From an uncultured SAR86 cluster bacterium (GTDB lineage: Bacteria; Pseudomonadota; Gammaproteobacteria; Magnimaribacterales; AG-339-G14), in NCBI GenBank assembly GCA_902587545.1, contig CACILL010000003.1, forward strand, positions 19,006-83,005: a stretch of DNA of 64,000 nucleotides. Reading direction: 5' to 3'. The notes beneath the pieces were generated by a model. That model had not been told where the DNA came from. It saw only the letters and a program-made list of their open reading frames with translations, and made no database searches. Every line of letters begins with the position of its first letter. The stretch's first letter is position 1. Position numbers and translations under genes: made by a program. Of this stretch, positions 47,722-59,579 are shown in pieces.

Positions 47722-48624
47722 ATGAAAAATTTTGAAGGTAAGGTTGCAGTTATCACCGGAGCAGGTTCTGGTATGGGTAGGGAATTGGCCATAGAACTTG
47801 CAAAATCAGGAGCAAACATAGCTTTAGCAGAATGGAATGAAGATACGCTCAATGAGACTGCTGAACTTTTAAAAAATTACAATGTAGGTGTTTCCAAACA
47901 TGTAATAGATGTCAGTGATAAAGAGGCAGTTTTCGCTTTGCCGCAGAAAGTCATAGATGAACATGGCGCTGTGGATATGGTTTTCAATAATGCTGGAGTT
48001 GCTTTATCACAAACTATAGAGGATTCGACTGACGAGGATTGGGACTGGGGTTTAGGGATTCTTCTCCATGGAGTAATAAATGGTACTAGGGCTTTTTTAC
48101 CTCATCTTAAAAAAAGACCCGAAGCAGCCATAATTAATACTTCATCTATTTTTGGGCTTTTATCTGTTCCTACGCAATCCATTTATCATGTCGGTAAATA
48201 TGGTGTAAGAGCTTTTACAGAAACTTTAGCCCTTGAAATGAAAATGGAAAATTCACCAGTAGAGGTTTATTCAGTTCATCCAGGTCATATTGGTACCAAT
48301 ATCGCAAACTATGGCGTGAAAAACGATAAGTTAGAAATAGATCTTGAAAGAGAAGATGAAAGACCTAATTTGTTTGGTCCAAAAGCAAAAACCAAAGAAG
48401 AGGTAGGAGAGATTTTTAAAAATCAAGCTCCAATTAATGCCAATACAGCAGCAAAAATTATTTTAAAAAACATCAAGAAAAAAAATAAAAGAATATTAGT
48501 TGGAGGAGATGCTCATTGGTATGACAGAATTCAAAGATATTTCCCAAAAAAATATATTTACTTGTTACCACTTATACCTCTAATTGGAAGACTATTTCCT
48601 AAGGACAAGCTTTTAGATAGGTAG
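47722..48624 (+). CDS. Short-chain dehydrogenase/reductase
   Basis: TGAGSGMG, FNNAGV, YHVGK; GGAG RBS before the ATG at 47722. Confidence 0.92.
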   Translation: MKNFEGKVAVITGAGSGMGRELAIELAKSGANIALAEWNEDTLNETAELLKNYNVGVSKHVIDVSDKEAVFALPQKVIDEHGAVDMVFNNAGVALSQTIEDSTDEDWDWGLGILLHGVINGTRAFLPHLKKRPEAAIINTSSIFGLLSVPTQSIYHVGKYGVRAFTETLALEMKMENSPVEVYSVHPGHIGTNIANYGVKNDKLEIDLEREDERPNLFGPKAKTKEEVGEIFKNQAPINANTAAKIILKNIKKKNKRILVGGDAHWYDRIQRYFPKKYIYLLPLIPLIGRLFPKDKLLDR

Positions 48625-48625
48625 T

Positions 48626-50278
48626 TTATAAATCTATATCTTTGTAATCAGATATAGAAATTTTATCTTTAGTTATTTTCATATCCCCTGAAGGGTCAAG
48701 AATTTCTTCTTTGAAGCGATAAATTAAATCGTAATTTCCATTATTACTTTCTTCCAAATAAACCTTTCTTTTCGCTTCAGTATCAGAAAGTTTTTCCTCA
48801 TAATTTTTAAAATCTCTTTTATTTATTTTTGACTTTATGAAGCTTGGACTTACCACACCACAAGAACCATTATTGCCTCCAAAGCCCTTAGCATTTAAAT
48901 AGATAGCATCTATTTGTTCTTTATCCACTTCTCGAGTATTCAGACAAAAATCTAAATTATCTGATAAAACATCATTGGCTAATTTCTTAGTTGTATTTAT
49001 TCCTGGAATCAAACCATGATTCCAAATTCCCAAAGCTGTTATTAATTCGTCTCCAGCAGCGGGACCCATGGTATGACCCAACATCCCTTTCAGAGCAGTG
49101 ACCTTCCAATTTTTTAGTTTAAATCCCTCAGCGACTCTACTAAGTACATCAGATTCGGTACTTCGATTTTGAAAGGTCCCTGTGCCATGAGCGATAACAA
49201 TACTCTCTTGAATGGAGCAGCCTATTTTTAAAGTATTAGAAAGAGATTGAGCCATTGTAATGTAGTTACCAATTCCTGGAGAGCTAATAGATTTTTTGAA
49301 TCCATCCGCATTTATTGCTACGTCTGTAAAACCACCAAGTATCTTTAGACCATTTTCTAATGCAAATTCTAAAGTTGTAACAGCTACAAATTGAGCTGCT
49401 TCTCCTAAAATCATTCCCGCATTATCTCCAAAGGGCCGACAGGCATTTTTATGATCTACTTCTTCAGTGTTATCGTCGTTATTTCGAATCTGCATTTCTA
49501 GAATTTTTTTATCATCAGCAATTCCTGTAGTAGCTAAAAAGCCATCTGTTATCTCTGGATTAATAGGCGCTTCTGCAGATCCAACTATTGAAAAGTCTAA
49601 TTCATCATTTTTAATTCCTTTCAAAGCCAAATCTAAGTTGTAGAGAAAAGTTGCACAGGCTCCAGCTACAGTTCCTGTCTTTCCCAGAGATCCAATTACA
49701 TAAGCATTTATAAAATCTGCCGACATACCAATCAAAGACATTGAGAGGTGTTTTGAACTGGCTCTTTTACCAATCTTTCTTGACTGTAAAAGGCCTCCCA
49801 TTCCTTCGTAGTCTAGCTGCCCTATTGCAGGACCAGAAAAAACACCTATTTTTTTTGGATCCAATAATGGTTTAATTTCAGTATCCCAGTCCTTGCCCAT
49901 ATTTCTCAAGCAATCGGTAACCCCAAAAATAGTCATTTGAATTCCTTTGGGATGTTGTCTCGAGTTATACATTTTTGAAAGGTTTATTCCTTCAGGCAGT
50001 TGTCCAGCGGCATTCACATTCATGACATCTTTCATAAGCAAATCTGGATCAAAAAGAGCTGAATTGACTTTTCTTACTAAAGTTTTCTCAAAAATATCTT
50101 TTTCTGATGAAATTTCAGAATTCGTAAGTGAATTCAAGTCTTTCAGTAACGTTTTTTTAGAATTTGCATCAAGATTGTCTATAACTAGTCGTTTGTAAGA
50201 AAAATCAAAAGAAGATCTTCCAGCTGAGTTTATACCTCCAACACTGCAAATAACTGGAAATCTTTTAAAATCTTGCAT
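48626..50278 (-). CDS. fabY: Beta-ketoacyl-ACP synthase, FabY type
   Basis: GGINSAGRSS, GACATFLYNL, AHGTGT, GHTMGPA, NAKGFGGNN. Confidence 0.8.
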   Translation of the reverse strand: MQDFKRFPVICSVGGINSAGRSSFDFSYKRLVIDNLDANSKKTLLKDLNSLTNSEISSEKDIFEKTLVRKVNSALFDPDLLMKDVMNVNAAGQLPEGINLSKMYNSRQHPKGIQMTIFGVTDCLRNMGKDWDTEIKPLLDPKKIGVFSGPAIGQLDYEGMGGLLQSRKIGKRASSKHLSMSLIGMSADFINAYVIGSLGKTGTVAGACATFLYNLDLALKGIKNDELDFSIVGSAEAPINPEITDGFLATTGIADDKKILEMQIRNNDDNTEEVDHKNACRPFGDNAGMILGEAAQFVAVTTLEFALENGLKILGGFTDVAINADGFKKSISSPGIGNYITMAQSLSNTLKIGCSIQESIVIAHGTGTFQNRSTESDVLSRVAEGFKLKNWKVTALKGMLGHTMGPAAGDELITALGIWNHGLIPGINTTKKLANDVLSDNLDFCLNTREVDKEQIDAIYLNAKGFGGNNGSCGVVSPSFIKSKINKRDFKNYEEKLSDTEAKRKVYLEESNNGNYDLIYRFKEEILDPSGDMKITKDKISISDYKDIDL

Positions 50279-50336
50279 GTAAAATTTATTTAAATTAACT
50301 TATGAGTTTAATTTTACATTATTTAGAGGAGAGGAC

Positions 50337-51878
50337 ATGCATCCAGGAATAAACGGACCTAAATTAAAAGATAAGCCGGCCATAATCATGGCGGGAAGTG
50401 GCGACGTAATCACTCACCAAGAATTAAACGAATTATCAAATCAAGGGGCTCAATTATTTAGATCTTTAGGTCTTAAACCTGGAGATAGTATGGCTTTTAT
50501 GATGGAAAACCATAAGTTATTTTTTCCAATCGCCTTTGCTGCTTATCGAAGTGGATTGAAATATACAGCTATAAGCTGGAGACTCCAGGCAAGTGAAGTT
50601 GAATATATTGTTAAAGATTGTGGCGCAAAAGTATTTATAACTAGTAAATTCCTTGAAGAATCTGCTAAGTCTTTAGCCAATTCATTAGAAGGAGTTCACA
50701 AATTCATGCTTGATGGTACAACAGATGATTTTAAGTCTTATGAGGATGAAATAAAAAATATGTCAGACACACCCATAGAGGATGAGTGTCAAGGAGCTGC
50801 AATGTTGTATTCTTCAGGAACAACTGGAAAGCCAAAAGGCGTTAGTCGAGAAATAAGTTTAAGTCCTTTACCTTATAAAGCTGATGAAGATGACCTAGGC
50901 CTAACTCGCGTTGTTCAAGGATTATATTCTGCTGATGAAGATTCTGTTTACCTATCTCCAGCTCCTCTCTATCACTCGGCACCAATGGGGTTCAATACAG
51001 GATTTCTTGCTTTGGGAGCAACCAGCATTATCTTAGAAAAATTTGATCCTGAGTCTGCATTAGCTGCTATAGAAAAGTATAAGATCACTCATAGTCAATG
51101 GGTTCCAACAATGTTCATCAGATTTTTAAAAAGTGATCCAGAGATTTTAAATAAATATGATTTGTCATCTCATCGAATAGCAATCCATGCTGCGGCACCT
51201 TGTCCAGTAGAGGTGAAAGAAAAAATGATAGATTGGTGGGGCCCAATTATTAATGAATACTATGCAGGAACCGAATTCAATGGTTTCGTTGCATGCAATT
51301 CAGAACAATGGCTTGCCCATAAAGGAACAGTTGGTCAGTCCTTACTTGGTCCAATACATATTTTAGATGATGATCAAAATGAAGTACCTGTAGGAGAAGA
51401 GGGCACAATTTACTTTGAAGGACCTACTGCGAATGGATTTTCATATCACAATGACAAAGAAAAAACTAAAGGTGCTACTTCAAAACAAGGCTATACAACC
51501 TTGGGAGATATTGGTTATTTAGATGAAGATGGTTTTCTATATTTAACAGATAGAAAGGCTTTCATGATCATTTCTGGTGGAGTGAACATTTATCCAAAAG
51601 AGACAGAAGACGCATTAATCATGCATCCTAAAGTTGCTGATGTTGCTGTTTTTGGTGTACCCAATGAAGAAATGGGTGAAGAGGTCAAAGCCGTAGTTCA
51701 ACCAGAAAATATGAATCTTGCAGGAGAAGATTTAGAGGCTGAACTTATGGCGTATTGTCGTGAAAATATATCTCATGTGAAGTGTCCTAAATCCATAGAT
51801 TTCAGAGAAGAACTACCTAGACACCCTACCGGGAAACTTTATAAAAGACTTCTTAAAGACGAGTATTGGAAAAATTAA
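50337..51878 (+). CDS. Acyl-CoA synthetase (AMP-binding)
   Basis: [41 protein letters not shown]. Confidence 0.94.
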   Translation: MHPGINGPKLKDKPAIIMAGSGDVITHQELNELSNQGAQLFRSLGLKPGDSMAFMMENHKLFFPIAFAAYRSGLKYTAISWRLQASEVEYIVKDCGAKVFITSKFLEESAKSLANSLEGVHKFMLDGTTDDFKSYEDEIKNMSDTPIEDECQGAAMLYSSGTTGKPKGVSREISLSPLPYKADEDDLGLTRVVQGLYSADEDSVYLSPAPLYHSAPMGFNTGFLALGATSIILEKFDPESALAAIEKYKITHSQWVPTMFIRFLKSDPEILNKYDLSSHRIAIHAAAPCPVEVKEKMIDWWGPIINEYYAGTEFNGFVACNSEQWLAHKGTVGQSLLGPIHILDDDQNEVPVGEEGTIYFEGPTANGFSYHNDKEKTKGATSKQGYTTLGDIGYLDEDGFLYLTDRKAFMIISGGVNIYPKETEDALIMHPKVADVAVFGVPNEEMGEEVKAVVQPENMNLAGEDLEAELMAYCRENISHVKCPKSIDFREELPRHPTGKLYKRLLKDEYWKN

Positions 51879-52720
51879 TCAATACCTATTTTAGCTTCAC
51901 AGCTTTCTAAAGTTTGCATAATCAATGTATTAATTGTCATTGGTCCAACACCGCCGGGAACAGGAGTGTAAGCAAATGATCTTGAAATGACTCCCTCAAG
52001 ATCAATATCACCACATTTCTCAGGATGATATCCTGCATCAATAACAACAGCATTATCTTTTATCCAGTCACTTTTAATGAACTTTGGAATACCGACCGCA
52101 CCGACTATGATGTCTGCTGAAGATATAATTTCAGGTAAATTTTTTGTTCTAGAATGACAAATCGTTACTGTTGCATTTTTATTTAATAACATCATCGCCA
52201 TAGGCTTTCCCAATATAGGACTTCTTCCAACAACAACCGCAGACTTTCCTTCTAGAGGAATTTCATATTCTTTCAAGAGACGCATGATTCCATATGGGGT
52301 ACAAGAACCATAAGCTTTTTCTTGCATACTCATTCTTCCAAATCCTAAACTAGTTACTCCATCAACATCTTTTTTTATATCGATCGCATCAAAACAAGAT
52401 CTTTCATCAATATGCTCTGGAACAGGATGCTGCAACAATATTCCATGAACATCTTCATTAGAATTTAGTTCTTCAATTTTTTCGATCAATTCCGAAGTAG
52501 TTGTAGCTTCATCAAGTTCAATTTTCATGGAGTCCATTCCAACTCTTTTACAAGCATTACCTTTCATTTTGACATAGGTTGCGGAAGCAGGATCACTTCC
52601 TACTAAAATTGTTGCTAAAATAGGCGTGGAATGATTTTTAGCTTTAATTTTTTCGACACGTTTGGAAAAATCTTTTTCTGATTTTAGGGATAATTTTTTT
52701 CCGTCAAGTACTATAGCCAT
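51875..52720 (-). CDS. folD: Methylenetetrahydrofolate dehydrogenase/cyclohydrolase
   Basis: [35 protein letters not shown]. Confidence 0.96.
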   Translation of the reverse strand: MAIVLDGKKLSLKSEKDFSKRVEKIKAKNHSTPILATILVGSDPASATYVKMKGNACKRVGMDSMKIELDEATTTSELIEKIEELNSNEDVHGILLQHPVPEHIDERSCFDAIDIKKDVDGVTSLGFGRMSMQEKAYGSCTPYGIMRLLKEYEIPLEGKSAVVVGRSPILGKPMAMMLLNKNATVTICHSRTKNLPEIISSADIIVGAVGIPKFIKSDWIKDNAVVIDAGYHPEKCGDIDLEGVISRSFAYTPVPGGVGPMTINTLIMQTLESCEAKIGID

Positions 52721-52759
52721 GGTTATTTGTTATGATACCACCCCTTATTTAAAAATTAA

Positions 52760-52836
52760 CGGGGTGTAGCGCAGTCTGGTAGCGCGCCTGCTTTGGGAGC
52801 AGGATGTCGGGGGTTCAAATCCCTCCACCCCGACCA
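52760..52836 (+). tRNA. tRNA-Pro(TGG)
   Basis: CGGGGTG/CACCCCG acceptor, CCTGC-TTTGGGA-GCAGG, TTCAAAT, ACCA. Confidence 0.97.
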
Positions 52837-52842
52837 AAAATA

Positions 52843-53649
52843 ATGACTTACTTACAAAATAAAACAGCCTTAGTCACCGGTTCCTCTTCAGGTATTGGGT
52901 TTGAAATAGTCAAATATCTTTCTAGATTTGATATGCAAATTATTATCTCAGCCAGGAGAGAAGATAAATTATTAAAACTTAAAGAAGAAGTGGAGTCTAA
53001 TTCAAACTCAAAAGTAATAGTTTTGGTAAAAGATTTGGCTAAATCTGAAAGTCCTCAGGAAATTTATGATTTCTGTCAAAACAATAACTATAAAATTGAT
53101 TTTTTAGTAAATAATGCTGGGTATGGATTTACTGAAGACTTTGATTCTTATGATCTAGATAAACTAGATGATTTTCTAAATGTCTTGTTGAACTCTTTGG
53201 TTAAACTAACGCGTCTTTTTATCAAAGATATGAAAGAAAGAAAATCCGGAAAGATTCTTCAGGTATCTTCAATTGCTGGAATAATTCCAAGCGGAAGTGG
53301 AGCTATTGGAATTTATGGGAATATAAAGAATTTTGTTAATGAATTCACTATCACGCTAAATAGTACTTACAAAAAATACAATGTGCATGTTTGTGCTCTT
53401 TGCCCCGGTTTTACAGAAACAGGCTTTAACGAAAGAGCAGGATTTAATATGCAATATTCAGACGTTCCCTCCTTGTTTTTGATGTCTGCAAAACAAGTTG
53501 CAGAGCAGGGCGTAAATGCTTGTTTAAAAGGAAAAGAAATTTATGTTGTCAGAGGAGGTTTTAACAAAACGATGATATTTATATCTAAATTCATCCCAAA
53601 TAAAATTTTAAGATTTCTCTTTGGTTCATTAGTCAACTTTGGTAAGTAA
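52843..53649 (+). CDS. Short-chain dehydrogenase/reductase (DltE-like)
   Basis: TGSSSGIG, LVNNAG, YGNIK, CPGFTET. The true start is 52843; the ORF-track start lies inside tRNA-Pro. Confidence 0.9.
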   Translation: MTYLQNKTALVTGSSSGIGFEIVKYLSRFDMQIIISARREDKLLKLKEEVESNSNSKVIVLVKDLAKSESPQEIYDFCQNNNYKIDFLVNNAGYGFTEDFDSYDLDKLDDFLNVLLNSLVKLTRLFIKDMKERKSGKILQVSSIAGIIPSGSGAIGIYGNIKNFVNEFTITLNSTYKKYNVHVCALCPGFTETGFNERAGFNMQYSDVPSLFLMSAKQVAEQGVNACLKGKEIYVVRGGFNKTMIFISKFIPNKILRFLFGSLVNFGK

Positions 53650-53689
53650 AGACTAATCGTAAGTATTTTTATACAATAGCAAAAATTCA

Positions 53690-53766
53690 CTCCCGGTAGC
53701 TCAGCTGGATAGAGCATCTGCCTTCTAAGCAGAGGGTCGCAGGTTCGAATCCTGCCCGGGAGGCCA
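53690..53766 (+). tRNA. tRNA-Arg(TCT)
   Basis: CTCCCGG/CCGGGAG acceptor, TCTGC-CTTCTAA-GCAGA, TTCGAAT, GCCA. Confidence 0.97.
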
Positions 53767-53771
53767 CTAAT

Positions 53772-53848
53772 GGTGGGCGTAGCTCAGTTGGTAGAGCACT
53801 GGTTTGTGGTACCGGTTGTCGTGGGTTCGAGCCCCATCGCCCACCCCA
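53772..53848 (+). tRNA. tRNA-His(GTG)
   Basis: G-1 plus GTGGGCG/CGCCCAC-C, CTGGT-TTGTGGT-ACCGG, TTCGAGC, CCA. Confidence 0.97.
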
Positions 53849-53865
53849 ATTAAAAGAAGGATATT

Positions 53866-55158
53866 ATGTTCAGTAAAAAAAATAATCTTGAGAAAAAAAT
53901 TAAGTTAAATATTTCATCTAAGGACCTTGAGAGCGATTTCAAAAAAAGACTCTTGACTCAGCAATCTTCCTCTGATTTGAAGGGATTCAGAAAAGGTAAA
54001 GCACCTTTGGACGTAATTGAAAAATACTATGGAGACCAAATCAAACAACGACTAATCATGGATAAAATGGGAGATATCTTTTACAAAAAGATTTCTGAAG
54101 AAAACATACCTGTAGTTGGCCAGCCTAGTTTTGCTCCAGAATCTTTTGATATAAAAAAAGATATTAAATTTGAAGTCTCATATGAAATTTATCCAGAGTT
54201 TTCTCTAGCCAAAATGGGATCGCTATCTTTCAAAAAGCCAGTATCAAAAGTTACAGATCAAGATATTAAAAAAGCTACTGATTTGGTTTTAAAGAGGTAT
54301 GGAAAAGCAGAGCCAATGGATGAAAAAAGTAAGGAAGGCAATTTTGTCAAAATTGATTTTGAAGGTTTTTTAAATGGTGAAAAATTTGAAGGTGGCGAAG
54401 CCCAAGATTATTCTCTCGAACTTGGATCAAAAACCATGATTCCAGGATTTGAAGAACAAATTATTGGAATGAAAGCCACAGAATCTAAAGAAATCGAAGT
54501 AACTTTTCCAGATGACTATCAAGCAGAAAATCTAAAAGGACAAAAAGTAATGTTTAAGATAAAAATGAAAGAAGTTTCAGAGGTAAAGCTTCCTAATCTT
54601 GATGAGGAATTTTTTAAATCGATAAATATGGATGTTAAAACAAAAGCAGAATTTGAGAAAAAAATAGAAGAACAACTCCAGACTGATCTAAAAACAAATC
54701 TAAAAACAAAAACCAAACAAAGAATATTCGATGCTTTTGAAAGTTCAAATCAAATTGATATTCCTCAAAGCATGATAATTTCTGAGGCAAATAATTTGAG
54801 AAATAATACAGCTCAGCAAATGGGATTGGATATCAGTAAATTAGAAGAAGATCAATTCCCTATAGATAATTTTAAAGAAAATGCTCTCAAAAGAGTCAGA
54901 TTGGGAGTTTTGATAAATAAATTAATTGAAGAAAATAATATCTCTGTCGATAACGACACTTTAAAGAAAGAAATTGAAGATAAATCAAAATCATTCAAAG
55001 ATCCTGAGCAATATGTCAATTGGATATATGGTAATGAAGAACAGCTAAAAAATATTGAGTCTCTTGTTTTAGAGGATAAAGTAGCAGAATACTTAGAAGA
55101 GATGTCTAAAGTTGAAGAAGAGACGTTAAGTTTTGAAGAAGTTGTTTCTATGGGTTAA
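53866..55158 (+). CDS. tig: Trigger factor
   Basis: GFRKGKAP ribosome-binding motif, FKBP domain (IDFEG, MIPGFEE). Confidence 0.96.
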   Translation: MFSKKNNLEKKIKLNISSKDLESDFKKRLLTQQSSSDLKGFRKGKAPLDVIEKYYGDQIKQRLIMDKMGDIFYKKISEENIPVVGQPSFAPESFDIKKDIKFEVSYEIYPEFSLAKMGSLSFKKPVSKVTDQDIKKATDLVLKRYGKAEPMDEKSKEGNFVKIDFEGFLNGEKFEGGEAQDYSLELGSKTMIPGFEEQIIGMKATESKEIEVTFPDDYQAENLKGQKVMFKIKMKEVSEVKLPNLDEEFFKSINMDVKTKAEFEKKIEEQLQTDLKTNLKTKTKQRIFDAFESSNQIDIPQSMIISEANNLRNNTAQQMGLDISKLEEDQFPIDNFKENALKRVRLGVLINKLIEENNISVDNDTLKKEIEDKSKSFKDPEQYVNWIYGNEEQLKNIESLVLEDKVAEYLEEMSKVEEETLSFEEVVSMG

Positions 55159-55167
55159 ATTAAGATT

Positions 55168-55770
55168 ATGACTAATATTAAAAATCAACTTGTTCCAATG
55201 GTTGTGGAACAAACACCAAGAGGAGAGAGGGCTTTTGACATTTATTCAAGACTTCTTAAGGAAAGAGTCATCTTCATTACCGGCCCTATTGAAGACCACA
55301 TGGCAAACTTGGTTGTAGCACAGTTACTTTTTCTGGAAGCTGAAAATCCTGAAAAAGATATTAATATTTATATAAATTCACCTGGCGGCTCAGTAACTTC
55401 GGGTATGTCCATTTACGACACAATGTCTTATATCAAGCCAGATATTAGCACTCTATGTATTGGCCAAGCTTCTAGTATGGGGGCAATCTTACTTACAGGT
55501 GGTACAAAAGGTAAAAGATTTGCTCTACCCAATTCTAGAATTATGATTCACCAGCCTTTGGGAGGATTTCAAGGGCAGGCAACTGATATAGAAATTCATG
55601 CTCAAGAAATACTAAAAATAAGAACTAAATTGAATGAAATTCTGTCTCAACATAGTGGAAAAGATATTGACAAAGTTAGTCAAGATACTGAAAGAGATAA
55701 TTTTATGAGCGGCGATGAAGCTGTAAAATATGGTTTAATAGATAAAGTTATTGATAAAAGAGATAAATAG
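55168..55770 (+). CDS. clpP: ATP-dependent Clp protease proteolytic subunit
   Basis: [27 protein letters not shown]. Confidence 0.97.
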   Translation: MTNIKNQLVPMVVEQTPRGERAFDIYSRLLKERVIFITGPIEDHMANLVVAQLLFLEAENPEKDINIYINSPGGSVTSGMSIYDTMSYIKPDISTLCIGQASSMGAILLTGGTKGKRFALPNSRIMIHQPLGGFQGQATDIEIHAQEILKIRTKLNEILSQHSGKDIDKVSQDTERDNFMSGDEAVKYGLIDKVIDKRDK

Positions 55771-55772
55771 GT

Positions 55773-57035
55773 ATGTCTGAAAATCAAGAAACAGATAAAA
55801 AATTATTTTGTTCTTTCTGCGGAAAGAATCAATCAGAGGTTAAAAAACTTATTGCTGGACCTTCTGTTTATATTTGTGATGAATGCGTATCTCTATGTAA
55901 TGACATAATCAAAGAAGATTTAGCTGAAGCAAACCAAGAATCTTCTGAAGAAAAATTACCTGTACCAGAGGAAATCAAAGCAATTCTGGATGATTATGTT
56001 ATTGGTCAAGAATCTGCAAAAAAAACACTAGCAGTTGCAGTTTACAACCACTATAAAAAATTAAAGAGTTCTCAGTCTTCCAGTGAAGATGTAGAGTTAG
56101 GAAAAAGTAATATTCTTCTATTAGGACCTACGGGTAGTGGTAAAACTTTATTAGCACAGACTTTGGCAAGACTCTTAGATGTCCCTTTTACTATTGCGGA
56201 TGCAACGACACTTACTGAAGCAGGATATGTTGGTGAAGATGTTGAAAACATAATTCAAAAACTTCTTCAAAAATGTGACTACGATGTTGAAAAAGCACAG
56301 GTTGGAATTGTTTACATTGATGAAATCGACAAAATCGCAAGAAAATCAGACAATCCGTCAATAACTCGAGATGTTTCCGGCGAAGGAGTTCAACAAGCAT
56401 TACTTAAACTTGTAGAAGGAACAACTGCATCGGTGCCACCTCAAGGAGGAAGAAAACATCCGCAACAAGAATTTTTACAAGTCGATACGTCAAATATTTT
56501 ATTTATTTGTGGCGGAGCTTTTTCTGGACTAGAGGAAATAATTAAAGCTAGATCTGAAGAGAGAGGTATGGGATTTGAAGCTTCTGTTAAGAAAAAAACT
56601 CAAGGTTTTGATTCTAAAGTAATTAAAAATTCTCAACCTGAAGATTTGATTAAATATGGCCTTATTCCTGAGTTTGTAGGTAGGTTGCCAGTAATGGCTA
56701 CTTTAGATGAACTTGATGAAGACGCTCTAGTAACAATCCTCACGGAGCCAAAAAATTCTTTAACAAAACAATTCAAAAAACTTTTTGAAATGGAAGAAGT
56801 AGAACTGGATATCAGAGATGATGCATTATTAGAAATAGCTAAACTTGCGATAGAAATGAAAACTGGCGCTAGAGGCTTAAGATCAATTCTAGAGAAATCT
56901 CTTTTAGATACTATGTATGAAGTTCCGTCTGTAGAAAATCTTGAGAAAGTTGTATTGGATGCTTCTTGTATCAAAGGTGACTCAAAGCCTTTATTGGTTT
57001 ACGAAACTGATCTAGATTCAAAAAAATTACAATAA
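55773..57035 (+). CDS. clpX: ATP-dependent Clp protease ATP-binding subunit
   Basis: CSFCGK zinc domain, [26 protein letters not shown]. Confidence 0.97.
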   Translation: MSENQETDKKLFCSFCGKNQSEVKKLIAGPSVYICDECVSLCNDIIKEDLAEANQESSEEKLPVPEEIKAILDDYVIGQESAKKTLAVAVYNHYKKLKSSQSSSEDVELGKSNILLLGPTGSGKTLLAQTLARLLDVPFTIADATTLTEAGYVGEDVENIIQKLLQKCDYDVEKAQVGIVYIDEIDKIARKSDNPSITRDVSGEGVQQALLKLVEGTTASVPPQGGRKHPQQEFLQVDTSNILFICGGAFSGLEEIIKARSEERGMGFEASVKKKTQGFDSKVIKNSQPEDLIKYGLIPEFVGRLPVMATLDELDEDALVTILTEPKNSLTKQFKKLFEMEEVELDIRDDALLEIAKLAIEMKTGARGLRSILEKSLLDTMYEVPSVENLEKVVLDASCIKGDSKPLLVYETDLDSKKLQ

Positions 57036-57080
57036 CTTGTTTTTTTTTCTTCAGACCCTATATAAAAGTTAGAGGTTATT

Positions 57081-59465
57081 ATGAATATTCCATTAGTCCC
57101 CCTTAGAGATGTAGTAATTTTTCCTGGTGTAGTAACACCTTTATTTGTAGGTAGAGAGTCATCAATTAACTCTTTGCAAAAGGCTATGTCGGATGATAAA
57201 TCCGTTATGCTGGTTGCTCAGAGGGAAGCAAATACGGAAAACCCTAGTCAAAAGGATTTATATGAAATTGGTACTGTTTCAACAATATTGCAGCTTATAA
57301 AACTTCCTGATGGAACTTATAAAGTTTTGGTTGAGGGAATAAAAAGGGCAAGACTGCAAAACTTGCTTGCTGGGAAAGATATTTTAGAAGCCGAAGTAGA
57401 CATTCTTGAAGACTCTGAAATGGAAGACGACCTTAAGAAAAGCTACGTTAATACTTTGCAGTCTCAATTCAGAGAACTTTCAAAAACATCTCAAAAAATC
57501 AGACCTGAAATTGCCAATCAAGTTAGATCGGTTGAAAGGTTAGAAAAATTAATTGATACCTTAGTAGGTCATTTATCTATCTCCATAGCAGATAGACAGA
57601 TATTACTCGAGGAACTTGACTTAGAGGAAAGAGCCAAAAATTTAGTTAATCTTCTAGAAACTCAGCTTGATCTTACGCAAATGGAAAAAAAGATTCGTAA
57701 TAGAGTTAAAAAACAAATGGAAAAGAGCCAAAAAGAGTATTACTTGAGCGAACAAATGAAGGCTCTCAAAAAAGAAATGGGTGAAGGCGATGACCTCGAT
57801 GATGAGGTAGAGATTTTAGAGAAGAAAATAAAAGACTCCGGAATGCCTGACGATGCTAAGGAAAAAGTTAATACAGAATTGAATAAATTCAAGCTTATGC
57901 CTCCTATGTCAGCCGAGGCTTCAGTCGTAAGAGGATATATAGATTGGATGACAAGTATTCCATGGAAAAAGAAGTCTAAAATTCAAAAAAATATTGAAAA
58001 TGCCAGTAAGGTTTTGGAAAAAGATCACCATGGACTTGAAGAAGTCAAAGAAAGAATTCTGGAATACCTTGCAGTTCAAAAAAGAGTTTCGAAACTTAAA
58101 GGACCTGTTTTGTGTCTTGTTGGGCCTCCTGGAGTTGGAAAAACCTCTTTAGGAGAGTCTATTGCAAAAGCAACGGGAAGAAAATTCACAAGAGTCTCCC
58201 TAGGTGGTGTCAGAGATGAAGCAGAGATAAGAGGACATAGAAGAACTTATATCGGTTCTATGCCTGGAAAAATTCTTCAAAAAATGTCTAAAGTAGGTGT
58301 TAAAAATCCTTTATTCCTACTCGATGAAATAGATAAAATGGGAATGGACTACAGAGGAGATCCCTCTTCAGCATTACTTGAAGTTTTAGATCCTGAACAA
58401 AATCATACTTTTAACGACCATTATCTTGAAGTTGATTACGACTTATCTGATGTCATGTTTGTTTGTACTGCAAACTCCTTAGATATTCCGGCACCTTTGT
58501 TGGACAGAATGGAAATTATCAGACTGCCTGGTTATACCGAAGATGAAAAACTAAGTATTGCTAAAGATTATCTTGTTAAAAAACAACTCAAGAATAATGG
58601 ATTAGATGAATCTGAAATTGATATTTCAGATAACTCAATATTGGATGTTATCCGATATTATACCAGAGAAGCTGGTGTAAGATCTTTAGAAAGGGAAATT
58701 GCAAAAATTTGCAGAAAAACTATTAAAAAGATTGCTGATCTAAAAGAAAAGAAATTAATCAAGGTTACTCCAAAAATACTCGAAGATATTTTAGGCGTAA
58801 AAAAGTTTGATTATGGTGAAGCCAAAGATAAAGATCGAATTGGTCAGGTAACTGGATTGGCATGGACGCAAGTTGGTGGAGAACTCTTAACCATTGAAGC
58901 TTCAGCATTTAAAGGAAAGGGTAAAATTATAAAAACTGGAAAACTTGGAGACGTAATGCAGGAATCTATTCAAGCTGCAATTTCAGTGATAAGAGCTAGA
59001 GCAGAAACTTTAGGAATAAACCCTGATTTTCATGAATTAAATGATCTTCATATACACGTTCCCGAAGGAGCAACTCCGAAAGATGGTCCAAGTGCGGGTA
59101 TTGGTATGTGCACGGCTGTAGCTTCGGTCTTATCAGAAATTCCAGTCAGGGCTGACGTAGCCATGACAGGAGAAATTACCTTGCGTGGAGAGGTTTTAAA
59201 AATCGGAGGCTTGAAGGAGAAGTTGCTAGCTGCCAAAAGAGGTGGCATTAAGACAGTATTAATACCCGAAGGTAATGTCGGAGATTTGAGAGAAATTCCT
59301 GACAAAATAAAAACCAAGTTAGAAATTAGACCAGTGAAATGGATTGATGAAGTTTTTGACCTCGTTTTGACGGAAAAACCTAAAATTTGGGAAGAAAAAG
59401 GCGAGAATTCCTCTAAATCTACAAGAAGAAGAAAAACTAGAAAAGATAAGCTTGAAACCCATTAA
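57081..59465 (+). CDS. lon: Endopeptidase La
   Basis: PLRDVVIFP, GPPGVGKTS, PKDGPSAG, IGGLKEK. Confidence 0.97.
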   Translation: MNIPLVPLRDVVIFPGVVTPLFVGRESSINSLQKAMSDDKSVMLVAQREANTENPSQKDLYEIGTVSTILQLIKLPDGTYKVLVEGIKRARLQNLLAGKDILEAEVDILEDSEMEDDLKKSYVNTLQSQFRELSKTSQKIRPEIANQVRSVERLEKLIDTLVGHLSISIADRQILLEELDLEERAKNLVNLLETQLDLTQMEKKIRNRVKKQMEKSQKEYYLSEQMKALKKEMGEGDDLDDEVEILEKKIKDSGMPDDAKEKVNTELNKFKLMPPMSAEASVVRGYIDWMTSIPWKKKSKIQKNIENASKVLEKDHHGLEEVKERILEYLAVQKRVSKLKGPVLCLVGPPGVGKTSLGESIAKATGRKFTRVSLGGVRDEAEIRGHRRTYIGSMPGKILQKMSKVGVKNPLFLLDEIDKMGMDYRGDPSSALLEVLDPEQNHTFNDHYLEVDYDLSDVMFVCTANSLDIPAPLLDRMEIIRLPGYTEDEKLSIAKDYLVKKQLKNNGLDESEIDISDNSILDVIRYYTREAGVRSLEREIAKICRKTIKKIADLKEKKLIKVTPKILEDILGVKKFDYGEAKDKDRIGQVTGLAWTQVGGELLTIEASAFKGKGKIIKTGKLGDVMQESIQAAISVIRARAETLGINPDFHELNDLHIHVPEGATPKDGPSAGIGMCTAVASVLSEIPVRADVAMTGEITLRGEVLKIGGLKEKLLAAKRGGIKTVLIPEGNVGDLREIPDKIKTKLEIRPVKWIDEVFDLVLTEKPKIWEEKGENSSKSTRRRKTRKDKLETH

Positions 59466-59579
59466 AAAAAGGTGTTTTAAGCTCTAAATCTCGCTTGACA
59501 GATATATATCTACATGTCTAAATCACGTTATTGACTTTGTGTCTAAAGATTTTAACAACTTTATTTAGGAGAGAGACTA

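Noticed and set aside
52804-52842. N-terminal extension of the SDR in the ORF track
   Set aside because: Lies within tRNA-Pro; the ATG at 52843 gives a normal SDR start.
59466-59579. Palindrome AGATATATATCT and TCTAAA repeats upstream of hupB
   Set aside because: Explained by tandem sigma70-like promoters (TTGACA, TTGACT) and AT-rich composition; not a LexA box.
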